46,782 nucleotides of DNA from an uncultured Desulfobacteraceae bacterium (lineage in GTDB: Bacteria; Desulfobacterota; DSM-4660; Desulfatiglandales; Desulfatiglandaceae). The stretch lies in NCBI GenBank assembly GCA_964404085.1, contig CAYOIU010000002.1:1-46782 (forward strand). Direction: 5' to 3'. Both the position numbers and the translations under genes were made by a program. This document shows, one piece after another, positions 28,096-35,858 of this stretch. Under the pieces are notes generated by a model. That model ran no database searches. It was not told the origin of the DNA and saw only the letters and a program-made list of their open reading frames with translations. Position 1 is the stretch's first letter. Every line of letters starts with the position of its first letter.

Positions 28096-28848
28096 TTGGA
28101 TATGCTTGAAGTGACGAACTTGATGGTTTTCTTTGAGAACGCCCTGGCACTGAATGACTTCAGCATGCGGGTCAAAGAGAAAGAAATCGTCGGTGTGGTC
28201 GGGTCCAACAGTGCCGGGAAGACCACTCTTATGAACACCCTTTCGGGACTCATCATAGATATGCTGATCAAAGAGAAGAGAAAGGGAGGAGAACGCATTA
28301 CCGTTTACGGAAAAATAGTTTTCGAAGGAGAAGACATCACCGGCGCCAGCCCCAGTGAGCGGGTAAGAAAGGGCATTGTCCTTTCCCGCGAGAGACACCC
28401 GGTTTTCCCGGAGAGCAGCGTTGTGGAAAACCTGAAGATAGCCGGTTATCTCAAAAAAAAGTCGGAGATCCGGGAAACCATTCACTATGTTTTCGACCTC
28501 TTTCCTCCCTTGGCTCGCCTCGGATCCAGAAAGGCCGGTTTCCTGAGTGGGGGGGAACAGCAGATGTTGGCCGTCAGTATGGCGCTCGTCGTCAGGCCGA
28601 GGCTTCTTCTTCTGGACGAACCGCTTCTGGGTCTCAGCCCCATCATGCAGAAGACCCTTTTGGAAGCCATATCGGATCTCAAAAAGGCCGCCGGCATTAC
28701 GGTCCTGCTCAGCGAGCAGTTCGCAAGGCCTGTCCTGCCCATGATCGACAGGGGCTACATCATTGAGAACGGCATGCTCTCCATGAAGGGAAGCGGGGCA
28801 GAGCTTATGGATAATTCGGAGATAAAAGCAGCGTACTTCGGGGTTTGA
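28096..28848 (+). CDS. ABC transporter ATP-binding protein (LivF-like)
   Basis: Motifs GSNSAGKTT, LSGGEQQMLAV, LLLLDEP. It has an extra basic insert (IIDMLIKEKRKGGERITVYG) after Walker A. TTG at 28096 or ATG at 28102. Confidence 0.9.
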   Translation: MDMLEVTNLMVFFENALALNDFSMRVKEKEIVGVVGSNSAGKTTLMNTLSGLIIDMLIKEKRKGGERITVYGKIVFEGEDITGASPSERVRKGIVLSRERHPVFPESSVVENLKIAGYLKKKSEIRETIHYVFDLFPPLARLGSRKAGFLSGGEQQMLAVSMALVVRPRLLLLDEPLLGLSPIMQKTLLEAISDLKKAAGITVLLSEQFARPVLPMIDRGYIIENGMLSMKGSGAELMDNSEIKAAYFGV

Positions 28849-28852
28849 TTTC

Positions 28853-30490
28853 ATGCAGGACAGGAAAATCCATACCATATTCTCTACTTTTGATGCCGTT
28901 GCCCGGAAGCAAAGAGGAAGAACGGCCGTGATTTATCTGGGAACGAGATATTCCTATACCAGGGTGAAGACACTGGCCGAGCGTTTTGCCGCCGCCCTCA
29001 CCGATATGGGGGTAGGACCTGGAGGAAGAGTGCTTATCTACCTCCCCAACAGCATTCAGTGGATTGTGGTTTGGCTCGGAATTCAGAGAATAGGGGCGGT
29101 GTGCGTCCCCATAACCCCCATATACACTCCCCATGACTTGAGATACCTTGCAAATGACAGCGAGACGGAGACCATCGTCTGCGCGGACACAAACTTTGGG
29201 TATGTCACCAAAATCCTGCCGGAAACAAAGATCAAACGGGTCATCGTCAGCAATATGGCGGATCTCCTGCCCTGGTGGAAGAGGCAGTTCGGCCACCTCT
29301 TCGACGTTATACCGAAAGGCAAGATCTCCCTTGGCAGAGACAGTCATTCCCTGAATAGGCTGCTGTCCGAATACCGGAACCCCCGGCTCCCTGAATGGAT
29401 CGGAGACAGTCTGGACACCGCGGAGATCCTCTACACCGGCGGGACCACCAAATACCCCAAGGGCGTTCCTTTTACGCACGACCTGTTCCTGGTATCCGCC
29501 GATGAACAGATCAGGGTCAGTGAACCGCTCTTTCCTGCCGAAGAAAATATTATCCTCGGCAACGCCCCGCTCTTTCATATCCTCGGGCAGACTTGCAGCC
29601 TGGCCACCCTCCTGGTGGGAGGCTCTCTGATGGTTCAACCGAAAGTTAACCTCGATGCCACCTTTGAAGCCATCAGGCGCTTCAGGGCGAGGACAATGAT
29701 CGGGGTGCCTATGCTTTACCGGATGATGCTCGAACATGACCGGGTCGATCAATATGACCTCAGTTCGGTGGAATACTGGTACAGCGCGGGGGATGTACTC
29801 CCTGTGGAGGTGGGGCGGAGGTGGCATGAAAGATTCGGAAAACGGATCTATCAGGGGTATGGCGCGACAGAGACCTGCGGCGGCGTGACCATGTGCCCCG
29901 TGGATAGGGAGAATCCCTCCAAGAGTGTGGGCAAAGTGGTCAAAAGCAAGAAGGTCAAGCTCGTGGACCCTGTTACCCTGGAAACTGTGCAGCAGGGGGA
30001 GCCGGGCGAATTGCTCGTCTCCTCTCCCCACATGGTGACCCACTATTTGAACAAACCCGAAGAAAGCGCAGATTCATTCATAGAATTGGACGGCGCCAAG
30101 TGGTACCGAACGGCGGACATCATGACCACGGACGATGAAGGGAACTACTATTTCGTGGACAGGACCGTCGATACCATCAAGCACAAGGGATACCGCGTAT
30201 CAGCCTCGGAAATCGAAGCGGTCCTCCAGGAACACCCGGCCGTGATCGGTTCCTGTGTCGTGGGGGTGCCCGATCCGAAGACGGGGCAAAGGATCAAGGC
30301 CTATGTGGTGTTGAAGGAAGACGTAAAAGGCATTACGGGGTACGACCTGATCAAATGGTGCCGGGAGATACTCGTCTCTTACAAGGTCCCCCAGTATATC
30401 GAATTCAGGGACATGCTGCCAAAATCCAAGGTAGGGAAGCTCCTCAGGCGGGAAATACGCAGCGAGGAGGAGAGAAGGACCCAAAGCTAA
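28853..30490 (+). CDS. AMP-forming acyl-CoA ligase (ANL superfamily, substrate unknown)
   Basis: Motifs YTGGTTKYPKG, GYGATET, and YRTADI..DEGNYYFVDRTVDTIKHKG, with the C-terminal GKLLRREIR. It starts 5 nt after the livF-like stop. Confidence 0.88.
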   Translation: MQDRKIHTIFSTFDAVARKQRGRTAVIYLGTRYSYTRVKTLAERFAAALTDMGVGPGGRVLIYLPNSIQWIVVWLGIQRIGAVCVPITPIYTPHDLRYLANDSETETIVCADTNFGYVTKILPETKIKRVIVSNMADLLPWWKRQFGHLFDVIPKGKISLGRDSHSLNRLLSEYRNPRLPEWIGDSLDTAEILYTGGTTKYPKGVPFTHDLFLVSADEQIRVSEPLFPAEENIILGNAPLFHILGQTCSLATLLVGGSLMVQPKVNLDATFEAIRRFRARTMIGVPMLYRMMLEHDRVDQYDLSSVEYWYSAGDVLPVEVGRRWHERFGKRIYQGYGATETCGGVTMCPVDRENPSKSVGKVVKSKKVKLVDPVTLETVQQGEPGELLVSSPHMVTHYLNKPEESADSFIELDGAKWYRTADIMTTDDEGNYYFVDRTVDTIKHKGYRVSASEIEAVLQEHPAVIGSCVVGVPDPKTGQRIKAYVVLKEDVKGITGYDLIKWCREILVSYKVPQYIEFRDMLPKSKVGKLLRREIRSEEERRTQS

Positions 30491-30589
30491 CCCGTTGGCC
30501 GGTTTGCCCGTGGGCCGGTTACCCGGTCTCAAGTCTGCAGTCTCAACCAGCTTTTACCTGGTACAAAACCGCCTAGCCGCAGGGGAAGC

Positions 30590-31978
30590 CTACGGCCTTC
30601 TACGCCGCCTTCTCGGTCTTCTTGCCTCGGCCATTTTCCGGTATTTGGCCCTCAATCGCGGCCACACGGTATACACATATACCGTGTTTAGAATGAAAAG
30701 CCCCACAATAAAGAAGAGAGCAATCCGCTGGTCCACCTCATCCTCGGGCTTGACCGGACCGAAAAGGATGGAACCCGCCACGATCCCGTACACCAGAATG
30801 ACCACGACGGGGATGGTGATTCCCCCCTTTATCCTGAATGACCTCTCAGCGTCCCTTTCCTTATATCTGAGACGAATGACGGAAACGGCCATGACCATGT
30901 AAATCATGCACTCGGTGGCGGCGATGATCAGGATCATGGACAGGACAAAATGGGTGATAAACCCGTAGATCGTGACGAGGACCGCGTAGGAACATACGAC
31001 GAGCATCGCTACCCACGGCGTCGCATACTTGGGATGAAGCCTGGCAATGAATCGGGGAATGGACCAGTCCCTGGCCATGGCGTAAAGAAACCGGGAGGCG
31101 GTCATGACGCCGGCGTTCAGGGAGGTGAGAGAAGCCAGCAGGGCCATGACGATCATGAAATAGAGGCCGAACTCTCCCAGCAGCTTTTTGCCGTAAAGGA
31201 GGTGTGGAATGAGAAGCCCTTCCGGCTTGAGGACCCAGGCCAGTTCCTCTTTCCCCAATATGGAGGTCATGGCCGTCGAAAACAGGGCATAGGTAATGGC
31301 CAGAAGCCCAAGGGAAAGCATCATGCCTTTGGGGATGATCCTGACATCGGTGACTTCTTCGGAGATGGTAACCACCCATTCGAAAGCGATAAAACAGGCA
31401 ATGCCGATGGCCACCGCCTGAATAAAGCCGTCCAGGCTCCCGACTTCAAAGGGCATGGTTATGTGGAAATCGATCCTGTAGAACCCATAAACCGATATGA
31501 GGATCAGCCCGAAAAACATGGCGTAGGCAATGATGTCCTGGGTGGTCCCGGCAATTCGTATACCGCGGTAATTCAGATAGAGCAGGACCACGCCGAAACC
31601 GATCGCCCATACCACGGGCGGCATAAACGTAAAACCCTGCCCAAGTGCCTGAGACAGGACGTATATTTCTGCCCCTACGATGTAAAGCTGTCCCATGACA
31701 TATACGCCGGCAATGATAATGGCCGCCCTTTCCCCGAAGGCCTTTGCAATGTAGAGCTTTATGCCGGCGGCCGACGGATACATGGAATTGAGTTCCGAGA
31801 AACAGGAGCCCGCAAGGACCGCCATGATTCCGGAGGTCAGAATGGCGATCCACGCGGAATTACCTGTGAGATAGCTGGTCAGTTCAATGAACGCTATGTA
31901 GTTGACCGTGGCAAGGGCCATGCCGGCACCGGTGGAAACAACGGTCCTCAATCCCAGGGCTCTTCGCAGTTCCGTCAT
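30590..31978 (-). CDS. APC-superfamily amino acid/polyamine permease
   Basis: 462 aa with about 12 TM segments, an N-terminal GAGMALATVNY-type motif and an Arg-rich C-terminal tail. Confidence 0.87.
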   Translation of the reverse strand: MTELRRALGLRTVVSTGAGMALATVNYIAFIELTSYLTGNSAWIAILTSGIMAVLAGSCFSELNSMYPSAAGIKLYIAKAFGERAAIIIAGVYVMGQLYIVGAEIYVLSQALGQGFTFMPPVVWAIGFGVVLLYLNYRGIRIAGTTQDIIAYAMFFGLILISVYGFYRIDFHITMPFEVGSLDGFIQAVAIGIACFIAFEWVVTISEEVTDVRIIPKGMMLSLGLLAITYALFSTAMTSILGKEELAWVLKPEGLLIPHLLYGKKLLGEFGLYFMIVMALLASLTSLNAGVMTASRFLYAMARDWSIPRFIARLHPKYATPWVAMLVVCSYAVLVTIYGFITHFVLSMILIIAATECMIYMVMAVSVIRLRYKERDAERSFRIKGGITIPVVVILVYGIVAGSILFGPVKPEDEVDQRIALFFIVGLFILNTVYVYTVWPRLRAKYRKMAEARRPRRRRRRP

Positions 31979-32025
31979 GAAACCTCCTCAAACCTTCCAA
32001 CGAAGTCGTCTTATTCTCCAGAGTC

Positions 32026-32215
32026 CAGGAGGAGGGCCTGAGACTCTTTTTCAGGCCCTTTCTCATAGTGCACTTGGCACAAGGCTTCGACATGGACGGC
32101 TATTTGGGGTTTACGCCTCCCAAACCCTACGCGTTTTCATGGCGTAACTCTGAACCCCAAATCGGCGTCCATCCCCTCCGGAGTGTTTAGAAAGGGTCTG
32201 AAAAAGAGTCTCAGG
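32026..32215 (+). repeat. Hairpin-forming interspersed repeat, copy 1 (MITE/REP-like, no ORF)
   Basis: Termini CCTGAGACTCTTTTTCAG (from 32037) and CTGAAAAAGAGTCTCAGG (to 32215) are inverted. The 23-nt block CTTTCTCATAGTGCACTTGGCAC (32058-32080) is identical to 34533-34555 and 43783-43805. Boundaries are approximate. Confidence 0.85.
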
Positions 32216-33135
32216 CACGCCAACGAGGTGCCCCCGAAGGAATTGATGATGACGAAGGGATGGGTCATGAGGAAATCACTGATCTCTTCCGTAAAAACAG
32301 CGCACGAGATGGGGTAGAGCCCTCCTGAGAGGGACTTGGCAAGGACCATGATGTCCGGCACCACACCACTGTGTTCCGCACAGAACATCTTTCCCGTGCG
32401 CCCGAACCCGGTCTGGACCTCATCTAAGATGAAGAGAATCCCGTGCTCATCGCAGAGGTCCCGCAGTTCCCTGAGGTAGTCGTCATCGGCGGGGATAATG
32501 CCCCCTTCACCCTGCACCGGTTCCAGCAGCACGGCGGCGGTGTCTTCCGTGATGGCCTCTTTCACCGCCTCGATATGATTGAAGGGCACATGGAGGTATC
32601 CCGGCGCCAGGGGCGCGAAGGGCGCCTTGTAGACATCTCTCCCGGTGGCGGGGAGGGCGAATCCCGTGACCCCGTGATATCCGTTTTCCATACAGATGAT
32701 CTCGCTCTTCCCCGTGTGACCACGCGCAAGCTTCACCGCCACCTCTATGGCCTCTCCGCCCCCACAGCAGAACAGAGAATATTTCAAGTCACCGGGCGTG
32801 ATCTCGGCAAGCTTCCTGGCCACAAGCCCCCTCTCCCGCAGGATGCTGATCCAGCCCCCCATGTCATAAACATCCAGGGCTTTCTTGAGGGCCGCCACGA
32901 TCTCTCTATTGTGACGCCCCACGTTGAAAATGCCCGCGCCCGTCACACAATCTATGTACTTCTCTCCCGAGACATCCCAGACACAGGCCCCTTCCCGCTT
33001 TCCCTCGATGATGTCAAGGCTGGCGTTTTTGAACATCCTGAGGGCGAAGGGGTTCACGTATTCCCGGTAATTGAACTCCGTCTCTTTCCTGATCTTTTCA
33101 GGATCCGTTTCACTCAAGATGGGTCTCGAATGCAC
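32137..33135 (-). pseudogene. Class-III (PatA/ArgD-like) PLP aminotransferase, 3'-truncated by the repeat
   Basis: Motifs EYVNPF.., GAGIFNVGRHN, LLEPVQGEGG, ILDEVQTGFGRTGKMF and VLAKSLSGG (PLP Lys) are present. Homology stops at SFGGTSLAC (codon at 32215-32217). The last 26 codons are read from the repeat arm. About 110-120 aa of the usual C-terminal domain are absent. Confidence 0.7.
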
Positions 33136-33745
33136 GTATGGTGTACATGGTTTTCAGGAGATCAAAGGGGGATACCGGTTTCTTAAGGCCATTTTTCTCG
33201 GCCGGCGGTTCCTCTCGTGATAGTGAAAAGTCCAAAGGGAAGCGGGGGATGATCTCCAGGTTGTACGTGGAGGGGCCCTTTCGTCTGAATAACCTGAAAG
33301 CAAGTCTTCTCTTCTTCTTTTTTGCAAGGTCCGCTTGCAGGAGATCTTCCCTTCCCATCCGTCTGAGAAGCGGAGGGTAGAGGGCAAAGGCGGGCTTCAA
33401 GGCGGGCAGGAGTTTGAGGGCCTTCTGCACCGAGCCCTTTGCCACCACCTTCCTGGTGGCAATGGCGATGGGGACATTCAGCTGCTCCATCCAGAATTTG
33501 TGGCTGGTCTCAGAGTTCTGGATCATCTCCACATCAAAGGGCGTGCCTTCTTCGGGATCCCAGTAATACCGGGGGGTCTCACCGCTGATATCGATGAACA
33601 GAGCTGTCTTGAAATCCGTGTACCGGAATTTCACCACCAGTTTTTCACCCGCCACCTTCTTTACAACGGCGGGTGTGGCAAAGATTTCGTCCCAAAGGTT
33701 TGAAAGAATCGTGACCAGCTCATCCTTGTCCCTGCAAGGTGTCAT
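33110..33745 (-). CDS. SCP2 (sterol-carrier-like) domain protein with a basic C-terminal extension
   Basis: The N-terminal roughly 130 aa fit the SCP2 pattern (VVKFRYTDFKTALFIDISGE...KFWMEQLNVPIAIATRKVVAKGSVQKALKL). The ATG at 33745 is preceded by GGAGA. The tail (KKKKRRLAFRLFRRKG...) is uncharacterised and overlaps the aminotransferase start by 26 nt. Confidence 0.6.
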   Translation of the reverse strand: MTPCRDKDELVTILSNLWDEIFATPAVVKKVAGEKLVVKFRYTDFKTALFIDISGETPRYYWDPEEGTPFDVEMIQNSETSHKFWMEQLNVPIAIATRKVVAKGSVQKALKLLPALKPAFALYPPLLRRMGREDLLQADLAKKKKRRLAFRLFRRKGPSTYNLEIIPRFPLDFSLSREEPPAEKNGLKKPVSPFDLLKTMYTIRAFETHLE

Positions 33746-33958
33746 GGTCTTTCTCCTTTTGGTCCCAGGAAGGTTTTAGCAATGCGTAATTGTTGCGAGA
33801 AAAAAGCGAGGCGTTATCGCCTTCATAGGTTGTGAAGCTGTTGACGGGTTTTGCAGAAAAAATAGAAGAGAATTCAGAAAATGTCAAGTGGGGCGGCGGC
33901 ACAGCTTTTGAAGTGTGCCGACTCGGGTCCGCTTATTGCTTAGTGAAGGCTCATTGTC

Positions 33959-34234
33959 TCAATTATCACAATACTCCAGGACAATCCCGGCAATATCAAA
34001 GTCGTCCTCATCCATATACTCGAATTCCCCGTCCAGGAAGACGACCTTTGTCAAATATTCTTCCTTCAAGACAAATTCCCCGTCTTCGTTCAAGACAAAC
34101 AGGACCTCGGCGCAGGACGCACAGAAAGGACCTTCCTGCTCATCCTCCTCCCCTATCATGACATAGGGGACCCAGTCCTCCAAGATGGCCTTGTCGGGCG
34201 AGTCAATTTCCATTCCACAGATTGCACATCTCAT
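33959..34234 (-). CDS. Hypothetical small acidic protein with two CxxC pairs (zinc-ribbon-like)
   Basis: 91 aa: MRCAICGMEI...GPFCASCAEV..., very rich in D and E. GGAGGA lies 12 nt upstream of the ATG. I recognise no family. Confidence 0.55.
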   Translation of the reverse strand: MRCAICGMEIDSPDKAILEDWVPYVMIGEEDEQEGPFCASCAEVLFVLNEDGEFVLKEEYLTKVVFLDGEFEYMDEDDFDIAGIVLEYCDN

Positions 34235-34268
34235 AGGTAAAATTCATCCTCCGAGTAATTTCCGCTTA

Positions 34269-34297
34269 CTTTTACATGGAAAAAAAGCACATGCCAA
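34269..34297 (-). promoter_or_regulatory. Candidate sigma70-type promoter of the small acidic ORF
   Basis: Minus strand: TTGGCA (34297-34292), a 17-nt spacer, then TAAAAG (34274-34269). About 35 nt upstream of the ATG. Confidence 0.3.
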
Positions 34298-34501
34298 GTA
34301 AAATCGTCCGGAAAACCATTACAAATCATAAAAATAATCAGTGCTTCTAAGGAAAGCAGGCGAAAAGTATGTTCCTGAAGCGGCGTTTATGATTGCTTCT
34401 CTCCCGACCTTTTACTAAGATGCCTATTCTGTTGATCCGCAGTCATTTACTGTGTCCATGGACGCATGACTTTTAAGGAAGTCGCCTCATTCACCGCAAC
34501 T

Positions 34502-34700
34502 CAGGAGGAGGCCTTAGGGTCTTTTTTGGACACTTTCTCATAGTGCACTTGGCACGGGACTCCGACATGGGCGACTATTTGGGGTTTACGCCTCCTGAAG
34601 CCCTGGCGCTCGCTAATAGGTACCCTCAAACCCCAAATGGGCGCCCATCCCCTTCGGAGTGTTTAGAAAGGGTCTGAAAAAGAGTGTCAGGCGCTCCTCC
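34502..34700 (+). repeat. Hairpin-forming interspersed repeat, copy 2 (longest stem)
   Basis: Same architecture as copy 1. The outer stem is extended: CAGGAGGAGGCC (34502-34513) pairs with GGCGCTCCTCC (34690-34700). It has the identical 23-nt block at 34533-34555 and the right arm GGAGTGTTTAGAAAGGGTCTGAAAAAGAGTGTCAGG. Confidence 0.85.
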
Positions 34701-34783
34701 ACTTCGTTGCTCATAGGCTGCCGTTGCGACATAAGTTAGCTTTTTGCGATTTCATCAATCAAGCATCCGGAAAGATCGAAACG

Positions 34784-35710
34784 ATGCCCATTTCACCAAC
34801 CACAAGAGGTATCCTTTCCTGCCTGGTGGCAGCGGTGCTGTTTGGAACGAATGCCGTTGCCTCCAAGTATTTGATGAGTGCAGGCCTCTCTCCTCTTGTT
34901 CTGTCGCAAGGACGTGTCAGTTTTGCCGCTATTTTGATCATACTCTGGTTAGGCTTGAGAAAACCAAATGCCTTCAGACTCAAACCCTTTGATATTATTC
35001 ACTTTACCCTGCTTGGCTCCATTGGCATGGCCGGGGTGAACGCCTGCTATTTTACCGCCATTTCCAAGATCCCCACTGCAGCCGCAATCCTTATTGAATA
35101 CCTGGCCCCGGCATTGATAGCTGTTTTTGCTTGGGCCTTCATGCACCAGAGGATGGGATACGTAAAATTCATGGCCCTTTTTCTGGCCCTGGGGGGCTGT
35201 TATCTGGTGGTAGGAGGCTACAACGTGGATCTCCTTTCTCTGAATCTCGGCGGCCTGTTCTGGGGGCTTGGCGCTGCCCTGACATATTCCTTTTATATCA
35301 TCTATTCAGAGTATTCGCTGCGAACCTATTCTCCCTGGACACTGGTGTGCTATGCTCTCGTTGTCGCCACCATCGCTTACAATGTGGTCCTGAGTCCGAA
35401 AAATCTTTTGACCATGGGCTGGGACAAGACATCATGGACACTCATTTTTCTTTCCGCCAGCCTCGGAACTGTCGTACCAATGGGACTTTTCGCCCATGGT
35501 GTTGAACTCCTTCGATCCACAAGGGCCACCATCGTCTCCACCTTTGAGCCCATCGCCGCAGGGCTCATGGCCTTCCTTTTTCTCGGCGAGCGACTCCTCT
35601 CACTCCAGATCGTTGGCGGCCTGGCCGTCCTGATCGCCGTGGTCCTCATTCAGTGGGAAAAGGAACATGACGAACTGGCACCCGCTATGATCAAAAAACG
35701 CGGGGTTTAG
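34784..35710 (+). CDS. EamA/DMT-superfamily transporter
   Basis: 10-TM pattern with two EamA-like halves. The track start at 34724 is TTG, immediately after the repeat. The ATG at 34784 (MPISPTTRGILSCLVAAVLFG) fits the family N-terminus better. Confidence 0.85.
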   Translation: MPISPTTRGILSCLVAAVLFGTNAVASKYLMSAGLSPLVLSQGRVSFAAILIILWLGLRKPNAFRLKPFDIIHFTLLGSIGMAGVNACYFTAISKIPTAAAILIEYLAPALIAVFAWAFMHQRMGYVKFMALFLALGGCYLVVGGYNVDLLSLNLGGLFWGLGAALTYSFYIIYSEYSLRTYSPWTLVCYALVVATIAYNVVLSPKNLLTMGWDKTSWTLIFLSASLGTVVPMGLFAHGVELLRSTRATIVSTFEPIAAGLMAFLFLGERLLSLQIVGGLAVLIAVVLIQWEKEHDELAPAMIKKRGV

Positions 35711-35730
35711 CAGGATTAGACAGAATATTC

Positions 35731-35759
35731 TTGACTCTCAAACCATAATCGGGAAATAT
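35731..35759 (+). promoter_or_regulatory. Possible promoter of the opp/dpp-like operon
   Basis: TTGACT (35731-35736), a 17-18-nt spacer, then AAATAT/AATATT. The -10 match is weak. Confidence 0.25.
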
Positions 35760-35858
35760 TGTCATATTTCGTGTTGAGTCGGGAGAGAGGTTGATACGCG
35801 TGCACCACAGCCTTGCATTAACCACTAACTTTTTTCATCGCAAAAGGAGGTACGAGCC

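Noticed and set aside
30491-30589. Convergent gap between the CoA ligase and the APC permease, scanned for a bidirectional terminator. It contains direct repeats GGCCGGTT x2 and GTCTCAA x2.
   Set aside because: No stable inverted repeat or T-tract was found. The direct repeats are too short to interpret.
32068-32090. TGGCAC inside every repeat copy, considered as a sigma-54 -24 element.
   Set aside because: The position where the -12 TTGC should lie reads TTCG or TCCG in all three copies, so the GG-N10-GC spacing rule is not met.
31884-32147. Short ORFs that run through the repeat (31884-32093 minus, 31902-32147 plus, 43691-43888 plus), considered as a possible element-encoded peptide.
   Set aside because: Indels between copies shift the frames, and the translations are not conserved. 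They are better explained as noncoding hairpin arms.
33110-33175. The tail ..DLLKTMYTIRAFETHLE resembles the N-terminal M-x-x-I-R-x-F-E motif of TPP-dependent E1-alpha (AcoA/PdhA-like) subunits, which suggested a relic of a dehydrogenase gene.
   Set aside because: Only about 11 residues are involved and nothing E1-like follows. That is too short to distinguish from chance without a database search.
33800-33823. Possible terminator of the small acidic ORF (minus strand AGGCG-AUAA-CGCCU followed by CGCUUUUUU).
   Set aside because: The stem is only 5 bp and lies about 140 nt downstream of the stop. That is too weak to call.
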